A DNA stretch of 63,338 bases, filler included. It is 4 parts of 4 records of this genome, joined end to end, with 100 filler letters (N's around TTAATTAATTAA, not from the genome) between each part and the next. Parts side by side here need not be neighbours in the genome. Positions count along the whole stretch, not along the records: positions 11,640 to 40,790 come from SRR20825006_1781; positions 40,891 to 57,611 come from SRR20825006_1790; 2 more parts are not named here. One strand, written 5' to 3'. Of this stretch, positions 38,596 to 48,670 are shown piece after piece (positions within the stretch are counted from its first letter, which is position 1; each line of letters begins with the position of its first letter). The notes under the pieces were generated by a model that worked only from the letters and a program-made list of their open reading frames with translations, ran no database searches and was not told the DNA's origin. Position numbers and translations under genes: made by a program.

Positions 38596-38614
38596 CATAC
38601 TGTATACCAAATTT
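38596..38614. promoter_or_regulatory. GTATAC-core site upstream of the di-iron oxidase operon
   Basis: CATACTGTATACCAAATTT; shares the 12-mer GTATACCAAATT with 33578. Confidence 0.6.
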
Positions 38615-38799
38615 AAGGTCTACAGCTTATTTCACGATGATCCAAAAAGTTAAAATTTACTCATCACCATGTTTTTAATGTATTTTTTAATTTTATGCAA
38701 AAATAACACTCACTGTTAGAAATACAAATTACATACTTTTTTGAATTTATATGTCAGATTGCCGAGAGAGAATCTCCGACACAAGGACGTCACCCCACC

Positions 38800-40266
38800 A
38801 TGACCAAAGCCCCCGCCCCGACCGCCCTCAAAAGCGCGACCGAAGCCGTCGCCACCGGACATCCGCGTGCTGCCGCTGCCGCCATGGCGATGCTCGCACG
38901 CGGCGGAACCGCCGTTGATGCCGCGATTGCGGCGGATGCAGTGCTTGGTGTGGTGGAACCGATGGCGACCGGGCTGGGCGGTGACAGCCTTGCCATGCTG
39001 CTGCCCCCCAATGAGGCCCCGCTGACTTATAATGGCACCGGGTGCGCGCCGATGGCGCTGACCCCCGATCATGTGAGAGCCTTCCCAGATCAAAAAATCC
39101 CCGAACGCCACCCCTATTCGGTCACCACGCCCGGTCTGGCACGCGGCTGGGGGGATTTGCACGCCCGTTTTGGTCGCCTGCCCTTTGCCGATCTGCTCGC
39201 TCCTGCGATTGAGCTTGCGCGCGATGGTTTTGATGTTGCGCCCGTTTGCGCGCGTGAATGGGCGATTTTTGCGCATATCATTCAAAACGACCCGGCGTCG
39301 AACTTGATATATCACGGCGCGAACATCCCAAAGGCCGGGGACCGTTTTGCCAATCCCGCATTGGCGGATCTTTTGGCCTCCATCGCTACCCACGGCCCGG
39401 ATGCGTTTTATAAAGGTGTGGCGGCAGAGGCGATCGAACGAGCCGCACGGGCGCGCGGCGCGCTTTTGACCGTCGAAGACCTTGCCACGCATGAGGGCTT
39501 TTTTGATGTTCCGGTGCGGCGCATGTTCAAAGGCATCGAAATTCTCGAATGCCCGCCCAACACCCACGGCATCGGCGTGCTCAAGGCGCTTGAGACACTC
39601 GACACACTGGACCTGCCGATGGACGATCCTATGAGCATGATCGAGGTGGTCAAAGCCACCCGTGACGGCATGAAATACGCTCGCAACACCGTCGCCGATC
39701 CGTCCGGCAATACCGTATGCACCGCCATTGTTGATCGCGAGGGCTTTGCCGTCACCCTGATGAGCAGCGTCTTCAAACGGTTTGGATCGGGCATTGGCGT
39801 GCCGGAACTGGGCATTTGCTTGCAAAACCGCGGCCACGGATTTTCCGCACCGGGGCATATCAATGGTGTGGCGGGTGGCAAGCGGCCCTACCATACCGTC
39901 ATCCCGGCGGCGGCGCTCAAGGATGGCGCGTTTCATGCAGTCTTTGGCGTGGTCGGCGGGTTGATGCAGCCGCAGGGCCATATTCAGCTGATGCTGCGCG
40001 TGGCGGCATGGGGGCAAGACGTGCAAGAGGCGATCAATGCGCCGCGCTGGCGACTTGAAAGCGACACGCGCATCGCCCTTGAGCCGGGCAGTGATCCGGC
40101 CTTTGCCACGGCGCTCAAAGCGGCAGGGTTTGAGGATGCGACGGGCGCGGGTGAATTGGGCGGGCGCAGTGACTTTGGCGGGGCGCAATGCGTCGTGCGC
40201 GCGCCCGATGGCGGGCTGATCGCCGGGTCGGACCCACGCAAGGACGGCACGACATTGGGGCGCTAA
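38800..40266 (+). CDS. Gamma-glutamyltransferase-family Ntn hydrolase (cytoplasmic; HpxW/YwrD-like)
   Basis: GGTAVDAAIA, GLGGD, GN|TVCTAIVD (Thr nucleophile), LQNRG, KRPYHT, GGLMQPQG, SDPRKDG; no signal peptide. Confidence 0.9.
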   Translation: MTKAPAPTALKSATEAVATGHPRAAAAAMAMLARGGTAVDAAIAADAVLGVVEPMATGLGGDSLAMLLPPNEAPLTYNGTGCAPMALTPDHVRAFPDQKIPERHPYSVTTPGLARGWGDLHARFGRLPFADLLAPAIELARDGFDVAPVCAREWAIFAHIIQNDPASNLIYHGANIPKAGDRFANPALADLLASIATHGPDAFYKGVAAEAIERAARARGALLTVEDLATHEGFFDVPVRRMFKGIEILECPPNTHGIGVLKALETLDTLDLPMDDPMSMIEVVKATRDGMKYARNTVADPSGNTVCTAIVDREGFAVTLMSSVFKRFGSGIGVPELGICLQNRGHGFSAPGHINGVAGGKRPYHTVIPAAALKDGAFHAVFGVVGGLMQPQGHIQLMLRVAAWGQDVQEAINAPRWRLESDTRIALEPGSDPAFATALKAAGFEDATGAGELGGRSDFGGAQCVVRAPDGGLIAGSDPRKDGTTLGR

Positions 40267-40294
40267 ACCACAAGAAACCAAACCATTAAAAACC

Positions 40295-40324
40295 AAAAGG
40301 GGCGCTCCAAGGGGCGCCCCTTTT
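40295..40324. terminator. Bidirectional intrinsic terminator
   Basis: AAAAGGGGCGCTCC-AA-GGGGCGCCCCTTTT between convergent genes. Confidence 0.8.
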
Positions 40325-40343
40325 ATGATCCGTGAGACCAATC

Positions 40344-40790
40344 TTACGTCATTCCAACATGCCAACAGGCGGCCCAATGCCCCCCCTCATGTTTGGCAAA
40401 AGGCGGCGCTTCGCGTTGGCAATGCCCGCCAGCCTTGTCACAGCATTTTCGATACCGACACCCGACCCCATCAAAGGCTAAGGTCTGGGTCGGCAGGGTC
40501 TTGGGCGCATTCACCCCGCCGTTGCGACGATGGCTTGGATCGGGCTCCGGCACCGCAGACAACAACACCTTGGTATAGGGATGTTCCGGCGCCTCATAGA
40601 TTGCGTCTCGACCCGCCATTTCCACCATATGCCCGCGATGCAGAATCGCGATGTCATGGGAAATATGGCGCACCACGGACAGGTCGTGGGCGATGAAAAC
40701 ATAGGTCAGCCCCAATTCCTGTTGCAAATCCTGCATCAGGTTCACCACCTGCGCGCGCACCGACACATCCAGCGCCGAGACAGGTTCGTC
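40344..40790 (-). CDS. Oligopeptide/dipeptide ABC ATP-binding protein, C-terminal part
   Basis: [28 protein letters not shown], and a C-terminal Cys cluster; cut by the contig end. Confidence 0.88.
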   Translation of the reverse strand, partial: DEPVSALDVSVRAQVVNLMQDLQQELGLTYVFIAHDLSVVRHISHDIAILHRGHMVEMAGRDAIYEAPEHPYTKVLLSAVPEPDPSHRRNGGVNAPKTLPTQTLAFDGVGCRYRKCCDKAGGHCQREAPPFAKHEGGHWAACWHVGMT

Positions 40791-40890
40791 NNNNNNNNNN
40801 NNNNNNNNNNNNNNNNNNNNNNNNNNNNNNNNNNTTAATTAATTAANNNNNNNNNNNNNNNNNNNNNNNNNNNNNNNNNNNNNNNNNNNN
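40791..40890. other. Artificial contig-joining spacer
   Basis: N44-TTAATTAATTAA-N44. Confidence 0.98.
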
Positions 40891-41104
40891 AGAATTTCTG
40901 GATGTTTAAACTGCATTCCTATAAATATTTTTCAAAGATAAAAAATGGAATGTAATAATAGCTATTTCTTGGCAGTAAACGTAAATGTAATTTTTTTTTG
41001 GAATTTGTGGTTAAAAAAAAGTAACCGCCAACTTTAAAGCCAAGGGAAACAATTTTCAGCTCATTTTTTAATAAAAAAGCTAACTGTACAATAAAAAATA
41101 TTGT

Positions 41105-42307
41105 TTATCCCTTTTTTACATAAAACTGAAACGTTGTTCCTTTACCTACTTCAGATGTAACTTCAACTTCCCCGTCGAGTTTGTTAATTAGTTTCTTTAC
41201 AGTTGATAGACCGATTCCATTTCCTTTTTTCCCATTTCGGTCTAATGTTCCTGAAGTTGTAAAAAGGTTGAAAACATGTTCCATTTTATCCTTTGGAATG
41301 CCCATACCATTATCAGAGATTTTAAAATGATAAAAACCTTTTTTTTCGCTACAATCTATATCAATTTTAATCTTTTCCTTGTCGTTATATTTTAAACTGT
41401 TGCCAACTAAATTTAGGAAAATCTGTTCTAAAGCCGCTTTGTTGGCGTGCATTTCTAGGTTTTGATCAGGAAGGTTTATTTCGCAATCAATATTGATGTT
41501 CATTAATTCAATAATATCTTCAAGAAGGTCATGGCTATCAAAAACTTCAACCGTTTGTGAGGCGGTATTATCACTTTCATAATGCTCTAAAAGCCCAGTA
41601 ATATATTCACTTAAAGTAAATGAAGATTGTTTTATATAATCTAAATATTCATTTCCTTCCTTATCTAAAAAGCGCCCATATTTTGAGCGAAGCATATCTG
41701 AAGTAATTATCATATTTGCCAAAGGCATTTTCATATCGTGGGAAACAATACCTGCGAAATTTTTAAGCTCCTCGTTGCGTTCCTTTAATTCCTGTTGAAC
41801 AGCCAATAAAATTCTGTTACGTTTTTTAGATTCAAAAAGGTTAATAACTTGATATGCCAAAGCTGTTAATGCTTTTTTCTGAGCTGAAGAAAGTGTTCGC
41901 GGTTTTGTGTCGAATATACAAAGTGTACCAAGAGGATACCCATCGGTATTCACCAAACGCACACCAGCATAAAATACTGCTTGCATATCTTTAACAAAAG
42001 GGTTGTCTTTAAATCGAGGATCCTTTCTGGCGTCTTCAATAATAAAGATATTGCTTTCATCTAAAATAGCATGTCCGCAAAAAGAAATATCGCGTGGGCT
42101 TTCACTAAAATTCACGCCATAATGTGATTTTAAAAAGTTGCGATCGGCATCCAACAAGGTCACCAAAGATATTGGCACATCACAGATACTTGCAGTTAAT
42201 TGCGTGATGTTGTCAAAATCCTTTTCAGGCAAAGTATCCAGTAAATTGTACGAATACACAGCTGCTAAACGCTGTTCTTCATCAATTGGGAGGGCTGGTT
42301 TAATCAA
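41105..42307 (-). CDS. Cytoplasmic GAF-domain sensor histidine kinase
   Basis: GAF (SFCGHAI, FYAG..L, GTLC..D); H-box SHDMK.PL; N-box, DNGMGI, GIGLS. Confidence 0.9.
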   Translation of the reverse strand: MIKPALPIDEEQRLAAVYSYNLLDTLPEKDFDNITQLTASICDVPISLVTLLDADRNFLKSHYGVNFSESPRDISFCGHAILDESNIFIIEDARKDPRFKDNPFVKDMQAVFYAGVRLVNTDGYPLGTLCIFDTKPRTLSSAQKKALTALAYQVINLFESKKRNRILLAVQQELKERNEELKNFAGIVSHDMKMPLANMIITSDMLRSKYGRFLDKEGNEYLDYIKQSSFTLSEYITGLLEHYESDNTASQTVEVFDSHDLLEDIIELMNINIDCEINLPDQNLEMHANKAALEQIFLNLVGNSLKYNDKEKIKIDIDCSEKKGFYHFKISDNGMGIPKDKMEHVFNLFTTSGTLDRNGKKGNGIGLSTVKKLINKLDGEVEVTSEVGKGTTFQFYVKKG

Positions 42308-42412
42308 ATTATCGATTTATTTATACTTTTTGTCTAACAATTAAGAGTAAATGTACAACAATTTCCAGTTAATGTTAACAAGAAATAGATATGTGCTATG
42401 TTAAAATTTTAT

Positions 42413-43177
42413 TCAAAAATTTTCAAAGATACCTAATCCAAAGAGAGCAAAATCATACTTAACAGGATCTTTAGGGTCAAATTTCCGTAATGATGCATCT
42501 AATTCGGTTAAAGCTTTAGCGTCATTTTGTTTTCTGGTAAGTAATTTTAGTTTTCGAGCTACATTGCCACTGTGAACATCTAAAGGGCAAGAAAGTTGCG
42601 AAGGCGAAATACTATTCCAAATTCCAAAATCGACTCCTGTATTATCGTTTCGCACCATCCAGCGTAAAAACATATTGATTCTTTTTGCTGCAGAATTTTT
42701 AAGCGGATCGCTAATGTGTTTTTGAGTTCTAGGAAGATGGGGAAGTTCAAAAAAAGTCTTCTTAAATTGATGAATTGCGGGTTGTATCGTGTTTTTTTGT
42801 ACATGTTTAGCAAAAACAGCTTCCAAGCCACCGTGATTTCTATATATGTTTTGAAGCGATTTTATAAAATAAAATAAATCATCACTATTAAAAGTACGAT
42901 GTACAAAACCTAACAATTCAGAGGCATTATTTTCTGAAAAATTCATCACATACTCAAATGGTGAATTGTCCATGATGTCCATTAATCGATGCCCGTTTTT
43001 TATAATGCTTTTTCTGTTTCCCCAAGCAATAGTAGCTACTAGAAAACCAGCAATTTCAATATCTTCTTTTAATGAAAATTTATGTGGAACTTGAATAGGA
43101 TCTGACTCAATGAAATTTGGGTTATTATAAAGTATAACCTTTTCATCGAGGAATTCTTTTAACTCACGCTGTTTCAT
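42413..43177 (-). CDS. TIGR02757 / DUF2400 family protein
   Basis: DPIQ.PH, IAWG.R, KRINMFLRWMVR, PLDVH, DPVKYDFALFG. Confidence 0.85.
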   Translation of the reverse strand: MKQRELKEFLDEKVILYNNPNFIESDPIQVPHKFSLKEDIEIAGFLVATIAWGNRKSIIKNGHRLMDIMDNSPFEYVMNFSENNASELLGFVHRTFNSDDLFYFIKSLQNIYRNHGGLEAVFAKHVQKNTIQPAIHQFKKTFFELPHLPRTQKHISDPLKNSAAKRINMFLRWMVRNDNTGVDFGIWNSISPSQLSCPLDVHSGNVARKLKLLTRKQNDAKALTELDASLRKFDPKDPVKYDFALFGLGIFENF

Positions 43178-43180
43178 GTG

Positions 43181-43840
43181 TTATTTCACAATTTTTCCAT
43201 CCTGCATCACAAGTTTCCGATCCGCCATATTTGCAAGGTCTTCGTTGTGAGTTACAATGACAAAAGTTTGTCCAAACTCATTTCGTAATTTAAAAAACAG
43301 ATTATGGAGATTTTCAGCACTTTCAGTATCTAAGTTTCCGCTTGGTTCATCTGCTAGAATTATTGCAGGATTGTTTATTAATGCTCTAGCAACAGCCACG
43401 CGTTGTTGTTCTCCACCAGAAAGTTCGTTTGGTTTGTGGTTTTCACGGCTAGAAAGACCTAAAAAAGCAAGGAGCTCTTTTGCTCTTTTTAATGCTTCAG
43501 CTTTTGGTGTGTTTTTTATGAAAGCAGGAATACAAACATTTTCAATTGCAGTAAACTCTGGTAATAATTGATGAAACTGAAAAATAAATCCTAAATTTTC
43601 ATTTCGAAACTTAGCCAATTTTTTTCCTGAAAGAGAACCAACATCCACTCCATTTATCTGTAATTTACTTTTAGAATCATGTAAAGAATCTAAAGTTCCT
43701 AATATTTGAAGTAATGTAGTTTTTCCAGCACCTGAAGCTCCAACAATTGAAACAATTTCACTTTTTTTTATATGAAGATCAACCCCTTTTAAAACATGTA
43801 GATTGTCATAATATTTGTGGATGTTTTGTGCCTCGATCAT
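43181..43840 (-). CDS. lolD: ABC ATP-binding protein, LolD-like
   Basis: [39 protein letters not shown]. Confidence 0.85.
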   Translation of the reverse strand: MIEAQNIHKYYDNLHVLKGVDLHIKKSEIVSIVGASGAGKTTLLQILGTLDSLHDSKSKLQINGVDVGSLSGKKLAKFRNENLGFIFQFHQLLPEFTAIENVCIPAFIKNTPKAEALKRAKELLAFLGLSSRENHKPNELSGGEQQRVAVARALINNPAIILADEPSGNLDTESAENLHNLFFKLRNEFGQTFVIVTHNEDLANMADRKLVMQDGKIVK

Positions 43841-43962
43841 AGCGAAATTTTAAAACGTGAAAATACTATTTATAGTGCTATAATACAATCCAATTGGTTA
43901 TATTGTTTAATTCATAGTTATGTGTTTATTTTTGAAGTTTAAGATTAATAAATAGAAATATA

Positions 43963-44562
43963 ATGGCGTCATTTAGATACTTTGAAGAATACGATCAGCC
44001 TGTAACAGACAATTTAATAGCTAATTACAGTAAGATTTTAAGCTCAATAGGAGAGGATGTTTCCCGCGAAGGAATCGTTAAAACCCCTGAACGTGCTGCA
44101 AAAGCAATGCAATTTTTAACATCTGGACATAGTCAAGACCCTGCTGAAATTTTAAAAAGTGCAATGTTTGCAGAATCGTATAACGATATGGTTATTATTA
44201 AAGACATTGAACTTTATTCACTTTGCGAACACCATATTTTGCCTTTCTTCGGAAAAGCGCACATAGCATACATTCCTGATGGTTATATTGTTGGGTTGAG
44301 TAAAATTCCGCGAGTTGTGGATGTTTTTGCCCGAAGATTGCAAGTACAGGAACGTTTAACACACGATATTTTAGAATGTTTAAATACCACATTAAAACCC
44401 AAAGGAGTAGCCGTGGTTATTGAAGCTTCGCATATGTGTATGATGATGCGCGGTGTGCAAAAACAAAATAGTGTAACAACAACCTCTGGTTTTCGTGGTC
44501 AATTTGAAGCAATCGAGACTAGAAATGAATTTCTTAAATTGATTAGCAGCGACTTATCATAA
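43963..44562 (+). CDS. folE: GTP cyclohydrolase I
   Basis: [28 protein letters not shown]. Confidence 0.96.
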   Translation: MASFRYFEEYDQPVTDNLIANYSKILSSIGEDVSREGIVKTPERAAKAMQFLTSGHSQDPAEILKSAMFAESYNDMVIIKDIELYSLCEHHILPFFGKAHIAYIPDGYIVGLSKIPRVVDVFARRLQVQERLTHDILECLNTTLKPKGVAVVIEASHMCMMMRGVQKQNSVTTTSGFRGQFEAIETRNEFLKLISSDLS

Positions 44563-44604
44563 TTTTTGGAATGTTTTTTGCGTTTATAATTAAAAAGATA
44601 AGAA

Positions 44605-44907
44605 ATGAAAAACGAAAAATATAAATTATTACGTCAAGGAATAATATACGATGTGGTTGGTATGGCAACAATGGCAATACCTGTTGTTGGTCCATTTTTA
44701 GATATGCTTTGGGCTCCTTATGCTGCTAAAAAAATGAGCGATATGTATAAAGGCACTGAAGGAAAAATAGCTTCAGTTCTTGTATTTATGGAAGAGATTT
44801 TGCCATTTACAGATGTAATTCCAACATTTACTTTAATGTGGCTCTATACATTTGTATGGAAAAAACAACCAACACCACAAACTATTGAAATTAGAGTTAA
44901 TGAATAA
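44605..44907 (+). CDS. Small membrane hypothetical protein
   Basis: Hydrophobic 100-aa ORF with D.LWAP and EEILPFTD.IPTFT; followed by a terminator. Confidence 0.75.
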   Translation: MKNEKYKLLRQGIIYDVVGMATMAIPVVGPFLDMLWAPYAAKKMSDMYKGTEGKIASVLVFMEEILPFTDVIPTFTLMWLYTFVWKKQPTPQTIEIRVNE

Positions 44908-44937
44908 TAAAAAAGCTCCAATCGGGGCTTTTTTATT
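44906..44937. terminator. Bidirectional intrinsic terminator
   Basis: ATAAAAAAGCTCC-AATC-GGGGCTTTTTTATT. Confidence 0.8.
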
Positions 44938-45016
44938 AGGTTTCCAATTTTAAAAGTGCTTTCTATGCCAGTGCTTAAAAGTGAATAACCATTAGTTGGT
45001 GTTTTAAAATCCGTTA

Positions 45017-45319
45017 TTATTTTCTAAACAAAAACCCTAGCCCCATTCCTCGGAGCATTTTTTTTTCAAAATTCCAGAAAAATTCAAACTCACCAAACAC
45101 CCAGCCAAAAAAGACCAAAAGCAACTTATATATAGGGAGGATAATTAAAATTCTAAAAGGCCAATAAATATACCAACCCATCTCTTTTGTAATTTCAAAA
45201 AAGTCAGTAAGTGGTACTGCTAGTTTTGCTGCAGAACTTCCGGTAATAGCAAATACTAATAAGATTATAAAAAGTTGGCCGTTGGTTTCAATATTCCAAC
45301 GTTTTTTTAGTTTTTTCAC
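45017..45319 (-). CDS. Small membrane protein (DUF6787-like)
   Basis: LK.RW.I, VFAITGS, FG.F.FFW.FEKKM; GTGA overlap with the upstream gene. Confidence 0.7.
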   Translation of the reverse strand: MKKLKKRWNIETNGQLFIILLVFAITGSSAAKLAVPLTDFFEITKEMGWYIYWPFRILIILPIYKLLLVFFGWVFGEFEFFWNFEKKMLRGMGLGFLFRK

Positions 45320-45738
45320 TTTCTTCCGCCAATAAATTTTTGATCGTATTTCTCCTGAAAGTAAACAAAGTAATTGTAGAGTAAATAGTTTACTTCATAA
45401 CCATAATCTACTGTTGGGTCATAATTTATCCGTTCAGAATATAAATTTTTAGCGTATTGGTTGGATTGTAAAACGCGGGAATTATACTCGGTTACAAACA
45501 TATTATTTTTAGCTTCTAGCTTAGGTTGTCCATAAAATCCGCGTGGTGGTTGTGAAATTAGCCAAGATTCAAATCCTGGCTCTATAATAATAATTTCATA
45601 CTCAAGGCTATCATTAGCAATTCTAATGGTATCATTTTTTATGTTTTCAGAAGTGGAATTACTATTAATTGCTGTATTTCCGGTACCACAGCTATAAAAA
45701 GCAAAGGAGGCGAAAAGTACTAGTAGAAAATATTTCAT
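45316..45738 (-). CDS. Lipoprotein (DUF6146-like)
   Basis: Lipobox FYS-C; IANDSLEYEIIIIEPGF, DYGYEVNY.LYNYF. Confidence 0.75.
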   Translation of the reverse strand: MKYFLLVLFASFAFYSCGTGNTAINSNSTSENIKNDTIRIANDSLEYEIIIIEPGFESWLISQPPRGFYGQPKLEAKNNMFVTEYNSRVLQSNQYAKNLYSERINYDPTVDYGYEVNYLLYNYFVYFQEKYDQKFIGGRK

Positions 45739-45803
45739 AAAAAGGATTTTAACAAAGTTAAGAAATGTATTAGAAAGAGCACATTATTTAACTTTCATTT
45801 AAA

Positions 45804-45840
45804 AATAAACCGCCCTTTGTTTTATTAAGGGCGGTTTATT
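45804..45840. terminator. Intrinsic terminator downstream of the DUF937 gene
   Basis: AATAAACCGCCCTT...AAGGGCGGTTTATT. Confidence 0.75.
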
Positions 45841-45859
45841 CTTTTATATTTTATAAATT

Positions 45860-46495
45860 CTATTTGCCAAATAACCCACCTAGCATTCCTGCAATGCCAC
45901 CTTTTTTCTTGTTACCTCCTAAAACCATTCCAGCGACATCGTCAATTATGCTTCCATCTCCGTCAGCATCCAAAAGTGTTTCTATTAATGATTGGTCATG
46001 ATTTGAGTTTTTACCTAAAACGGAGCCCAACAAATCACCAATTCCATTTTCGCTTACGTTATCTTTTCTTTTTTGATTTCCTAGAACTCCCATTAATATT
46101 GGAGCGGCCATTTTTATAATTTGTGCAACAGACCCAGCGTCAACACCGCTAGTGTTACTTATATTTTGTTCAACTTTTTGTTGATTGCCGCCAAGCACAT
46201 GTTTTAAAATACCAGCACCGTCATTAAGAAGGCTTGAATCTGCATTGCCACCACCTAAAAGTCCACCTAATTGGTCTAAGATAGAACCGTCATGACGTGT
46301 GTCTTCCAAAGCGTTATTTAAATTTTTAGCTCCTTGAGGTGTAGCGGCATTTCGTTGCATTGCGCCCAGAATAACAGGCAACGCCATGCTCAAAACATTT
46401 GCTGTTTTATCTGCTGGTTGTCCAGTTTGGGCACTCGCACCACTAATTAATTGTTTGCCGAGATCACTGTTTAATAAATCTAATATAGAAGCCAT
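45860..46495 (-). CDS. DUF937 family protein
   Basis: HDGSILD, GAGILKHVLG, LLDADGDGSIIDD; Gly/Leu-rich. Confidence 0.8.
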   Translation of the reverse strand: MASILDLLNSDLGKQLISGASAQTGQPADKTANVLSMALPVILGAMQRNAATPQGAKNLNNALEDTRHDGSILDQLGGLLGGGNADSSLLNDGAGILKHVLGGNQQKVEQNISNTSGVDAGSVAQIIKMAAPILMGVLGNQKRKDNVSENGIGDLLGSVLGKNSNHDQSLIETLLDADGDGSIIDDVAGMVLGGNKKKGGIAGMLGGLFGK

Positions 46496-46539
46496 TTTGT
46501 TAAAAATTTACGGTTAAGTTGCCAAAGTAGTTAAAAAAA

Positions 46540-47496
46540 TTAAGCATTCGCCATAATGCTTATAATTTGTTCGGCAAGTTCAGTGCCAATTCTATCTTGG
46601 GCTTCATTTGTTGCTGCACCAATGTGTGGTGTTAGTGAAATTCTATCGTTCATAAGTACTTTTAAAGAAGGAGTTGGTTCTTTTTCAAAAACATCTAAAG
46701 CCGCAAATGAAATTTTACCATCTTCTAGTCCATTCAAAAGTGCTTTTTCATTAAGTACGCCACCTCTAGCTGCATTCACAATACCTACGCCATTCTTCAT
46801 TTGTGAGATTTCGTCTTCCCCAATTACATACCCATTTTGAGCAGGCACGTGAAGCGTAATAAAGTCACTGTGTTTTATTAATTCTGAAATAGGTTCCTTT
46901 TGTATTTTTAAAGTTACTTGTTGTCCGTCGTAAAAATCGAGTGTTAATGATTCTTCACCAACATTTCTATCACTAGCTACTACTTTCATTCCACAACCTA
47001 AAGCAATTTTTGCAACTTCGCGACCGATTCTTCCAAAACCAATAATACCAATGGTTTTTCCGCGTAATTCACGGCCACCGCCATAGTTTTTCTTTAATTC
47101 TTTGAATCTTGTATCTCCCTCTAAAGGCATATTCCTGTTGGAGTCATGAAGAAAACGAACTCCGCCAAAAAGGTGTGCAAATACTAATTCGGCTACTGAA
47201 GCAGACGAAGCTGCAGGTGTATTTATTACTTCTAAACCTTTTTCTCGAGCATAATCAACATCAATATTATCCATACCAACACCACCGCGACCAATAATTT
47301 TTAGTGACGCACAATTGTCAATAATATCTTTACGGACTTTAGTTGCACTTCGAACCAAAAGTACTTCAATTTTATGCTCGTTTATATAGTTTTGAAGTTG
47401 TTCCTGTGCCACTTGCACTGTAATTACTTCAAATCCTGCTTGCGCTAATTTTTCTATTCCGCTGTTTGAAATTCCGTCGTTTGCTAATACTTTCAT
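46540..47496 (-). CDS. serA: D-3-phosphoglycerate dehydrogenase (no ACT domain)
   Basis: VRSAT, GVGMDNID, GFGRIG, NAARG, DVF..EP, PHIGA; directly downstream of serC. Confidence 0.88.
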   Translation of the reverse strand: MKVLANDGISNSGIEKLAQAGFEVITVQVAQEQLQNYINEHKIEVLLVRSATKVRKDIIDNCASLKIIGRGGVGMDNIDVDYAREKGLEVINTPAASSASVAELVFAHLFGGVRFLHDSNRNMPLEGDTRFKELKKNYGGGRELRGKTIGIIGFGRIGREVAKIALGCGMKVVASDRNVGEESLTLDFYDGQQVTLKIQKEPISELIKHSDFITLHVPAQNGYVIGEDEISQMKNGVGIVNAARGGVLNEKALLNGLEDGKISFAALDVFEKEPTPSLKVLMNDRISLTPHIGAATNEAQDRIGTELAEQIISIMANA

Positions 47497-47533
47497 CTTA
47501 AAGTTTACTGATTGTTAATTTAGTATATTTTGA

Positions 47534-48601
47534 TTATGCTCCTTTTTCTATCGCTTGCATTATGGATACCAAAACTTGCACACTTTCAAGTGGCAACGCA
47601 TTGTACATAGAAGCGCGATAACCGCCAACACTACGATGGCCGTTAAGTCCATTTATTCCAGACTGTTTTAATTGTTCGTCGAAATTGGCTTTAAGTTCGT
47701 CATTAGTAATATTAAAGGTCGCATTCATTTTTGAACGGTCTTCTTTGTTGGCTATAAATCCTTCAAATAAAGGGTTTCTATCAATCTCATTGTATAGCAG
47801 CTCTGCTTTTTGATTGTTTATTTTTTCAATTGCTGAAATTCCACCTAGATCTTTTAGCCATTGAAGCGTTAACATAGAAACATAAACAGGGAAAACCGCC
47901 GGAGTATTAAACATACTCTCCTTATCTATATGCACTTTATAATTTAGCATAGATGGAATGGTGCGCGATACTTTTCCAAGAATTTCTTCTTTAATAATAA
48001 CCAAAGTTGTTCCCGCAGGGCCCATATTTTTTTGTGCGCCTGCATAGATTAAGCTAAACTTTGAAAAATCTAACTGACGTGAAAAAATATCACTACTCAT
48101 ATCACAAACCAATGGGATTTTAGTTTCGGGAAAATCCTGCATTTGTGAGCCGTAAATAGTATTGTTACTGGTGCAGTGGAAATAATCTGCATCACTCGGG
48201 ATTGTATAATTTTTAGGGATGAAGTTAAAATTGTCACTTTTTGAAGAAGCAACTTCCACAACCTCACCTAATAATTTGGCTTCTTTTATTGCTTTATCGC
48301 TCCAAGTTCCAGTGTTTAAATAAGCTGCTTTATTTTCTAAAAGGTTGAAAGCTGTCATTAAAAACTGAAGACTGGCGCCACCTTGAAGAAACAATGCTTG
48401 ATAGCCTTTATTTTGAAGTCCTAAATGTTCAAGCGCTAAACTTTTTGCTGTTTCCATTACTTCAACAAAATCTTTGCTCCGGTGAGAAATTTCTATTAGC
48501 GAAAGATTTGAATTGTTGAAATTTAATACCGCTTCAGCAGCTTTTTGTAAAACAGATTGTGGTAAAATGCAAGGGCCTGCACTAAAATTATGTTTCTTCA
48601 T
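47534..48601 (-). CDS. serC: Phosphoserine aminotransferase
   Basis: NFSAGP, ISHRS, DMSSD, AGAQKN.GP, NTP, GHRSVGG.RAS.YNA. Confidence 0.96.
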   Translation of the reverse strand: MKKHNFSAGPCILPQSVLQKAAEAVLNFNNSNLSLIEISHRSKDFVEVMETAKSLALEHLGLQNKGYQALFLQGGASLQFLMTAFNLLENKAAYLNTGTWSDKAIKEAKLLGEVVEVASSKSDNFNFIPKNYTIPSDADYFHCTSNNTIYGSQMQDFPETKIPLVCDMSSDIFSRQLDFSKFSLIYAGAQKNMGPAGTTLVIIKEEILGKVSRTIPSMLNYKVHIDKESMFNTPAVFPVYVSMLTLQWLKDLGGISAIEKINNQKAELLYNEIDRNPLFEGFIANKEDRSKMNATFNITNDELKANFDEQLKQSGINGLNGHRSVGGYRASMYNALPLESVQVLVSIMQAIEKGA

Positions 48602-48670
48602 TTTTGTGGAATTTTATGTTACAAAGATGTGAATTATGCTTCTAAAACGATAGTAATTATAAATAATTTA

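Noticed and set aside
38716-40377. Long antisense or alternative-frame ORFs (also 17844..19187, 19162..20355, 20703..21908, 11584..12750, 14642..15685, 62098..63042)
   Set aside because: Shadows of well-supported genes in high-GC DNA; Arg/Gly/His-rich with no motifs.
11640-40790. GC-rich block as a horizontally acquired island in a flavobacterial chromosome
   Set aside because: It is bounded by artificial spacers with truncated genes, has no integrase or att sites, and is a separate contig.
41105-42307. Orphan histidine kinase as a novel signalling system
   Set aside because: Ordinary GAF-HisKA-HATPase architecture near a contig end; its partner may simply lie elsewhere.
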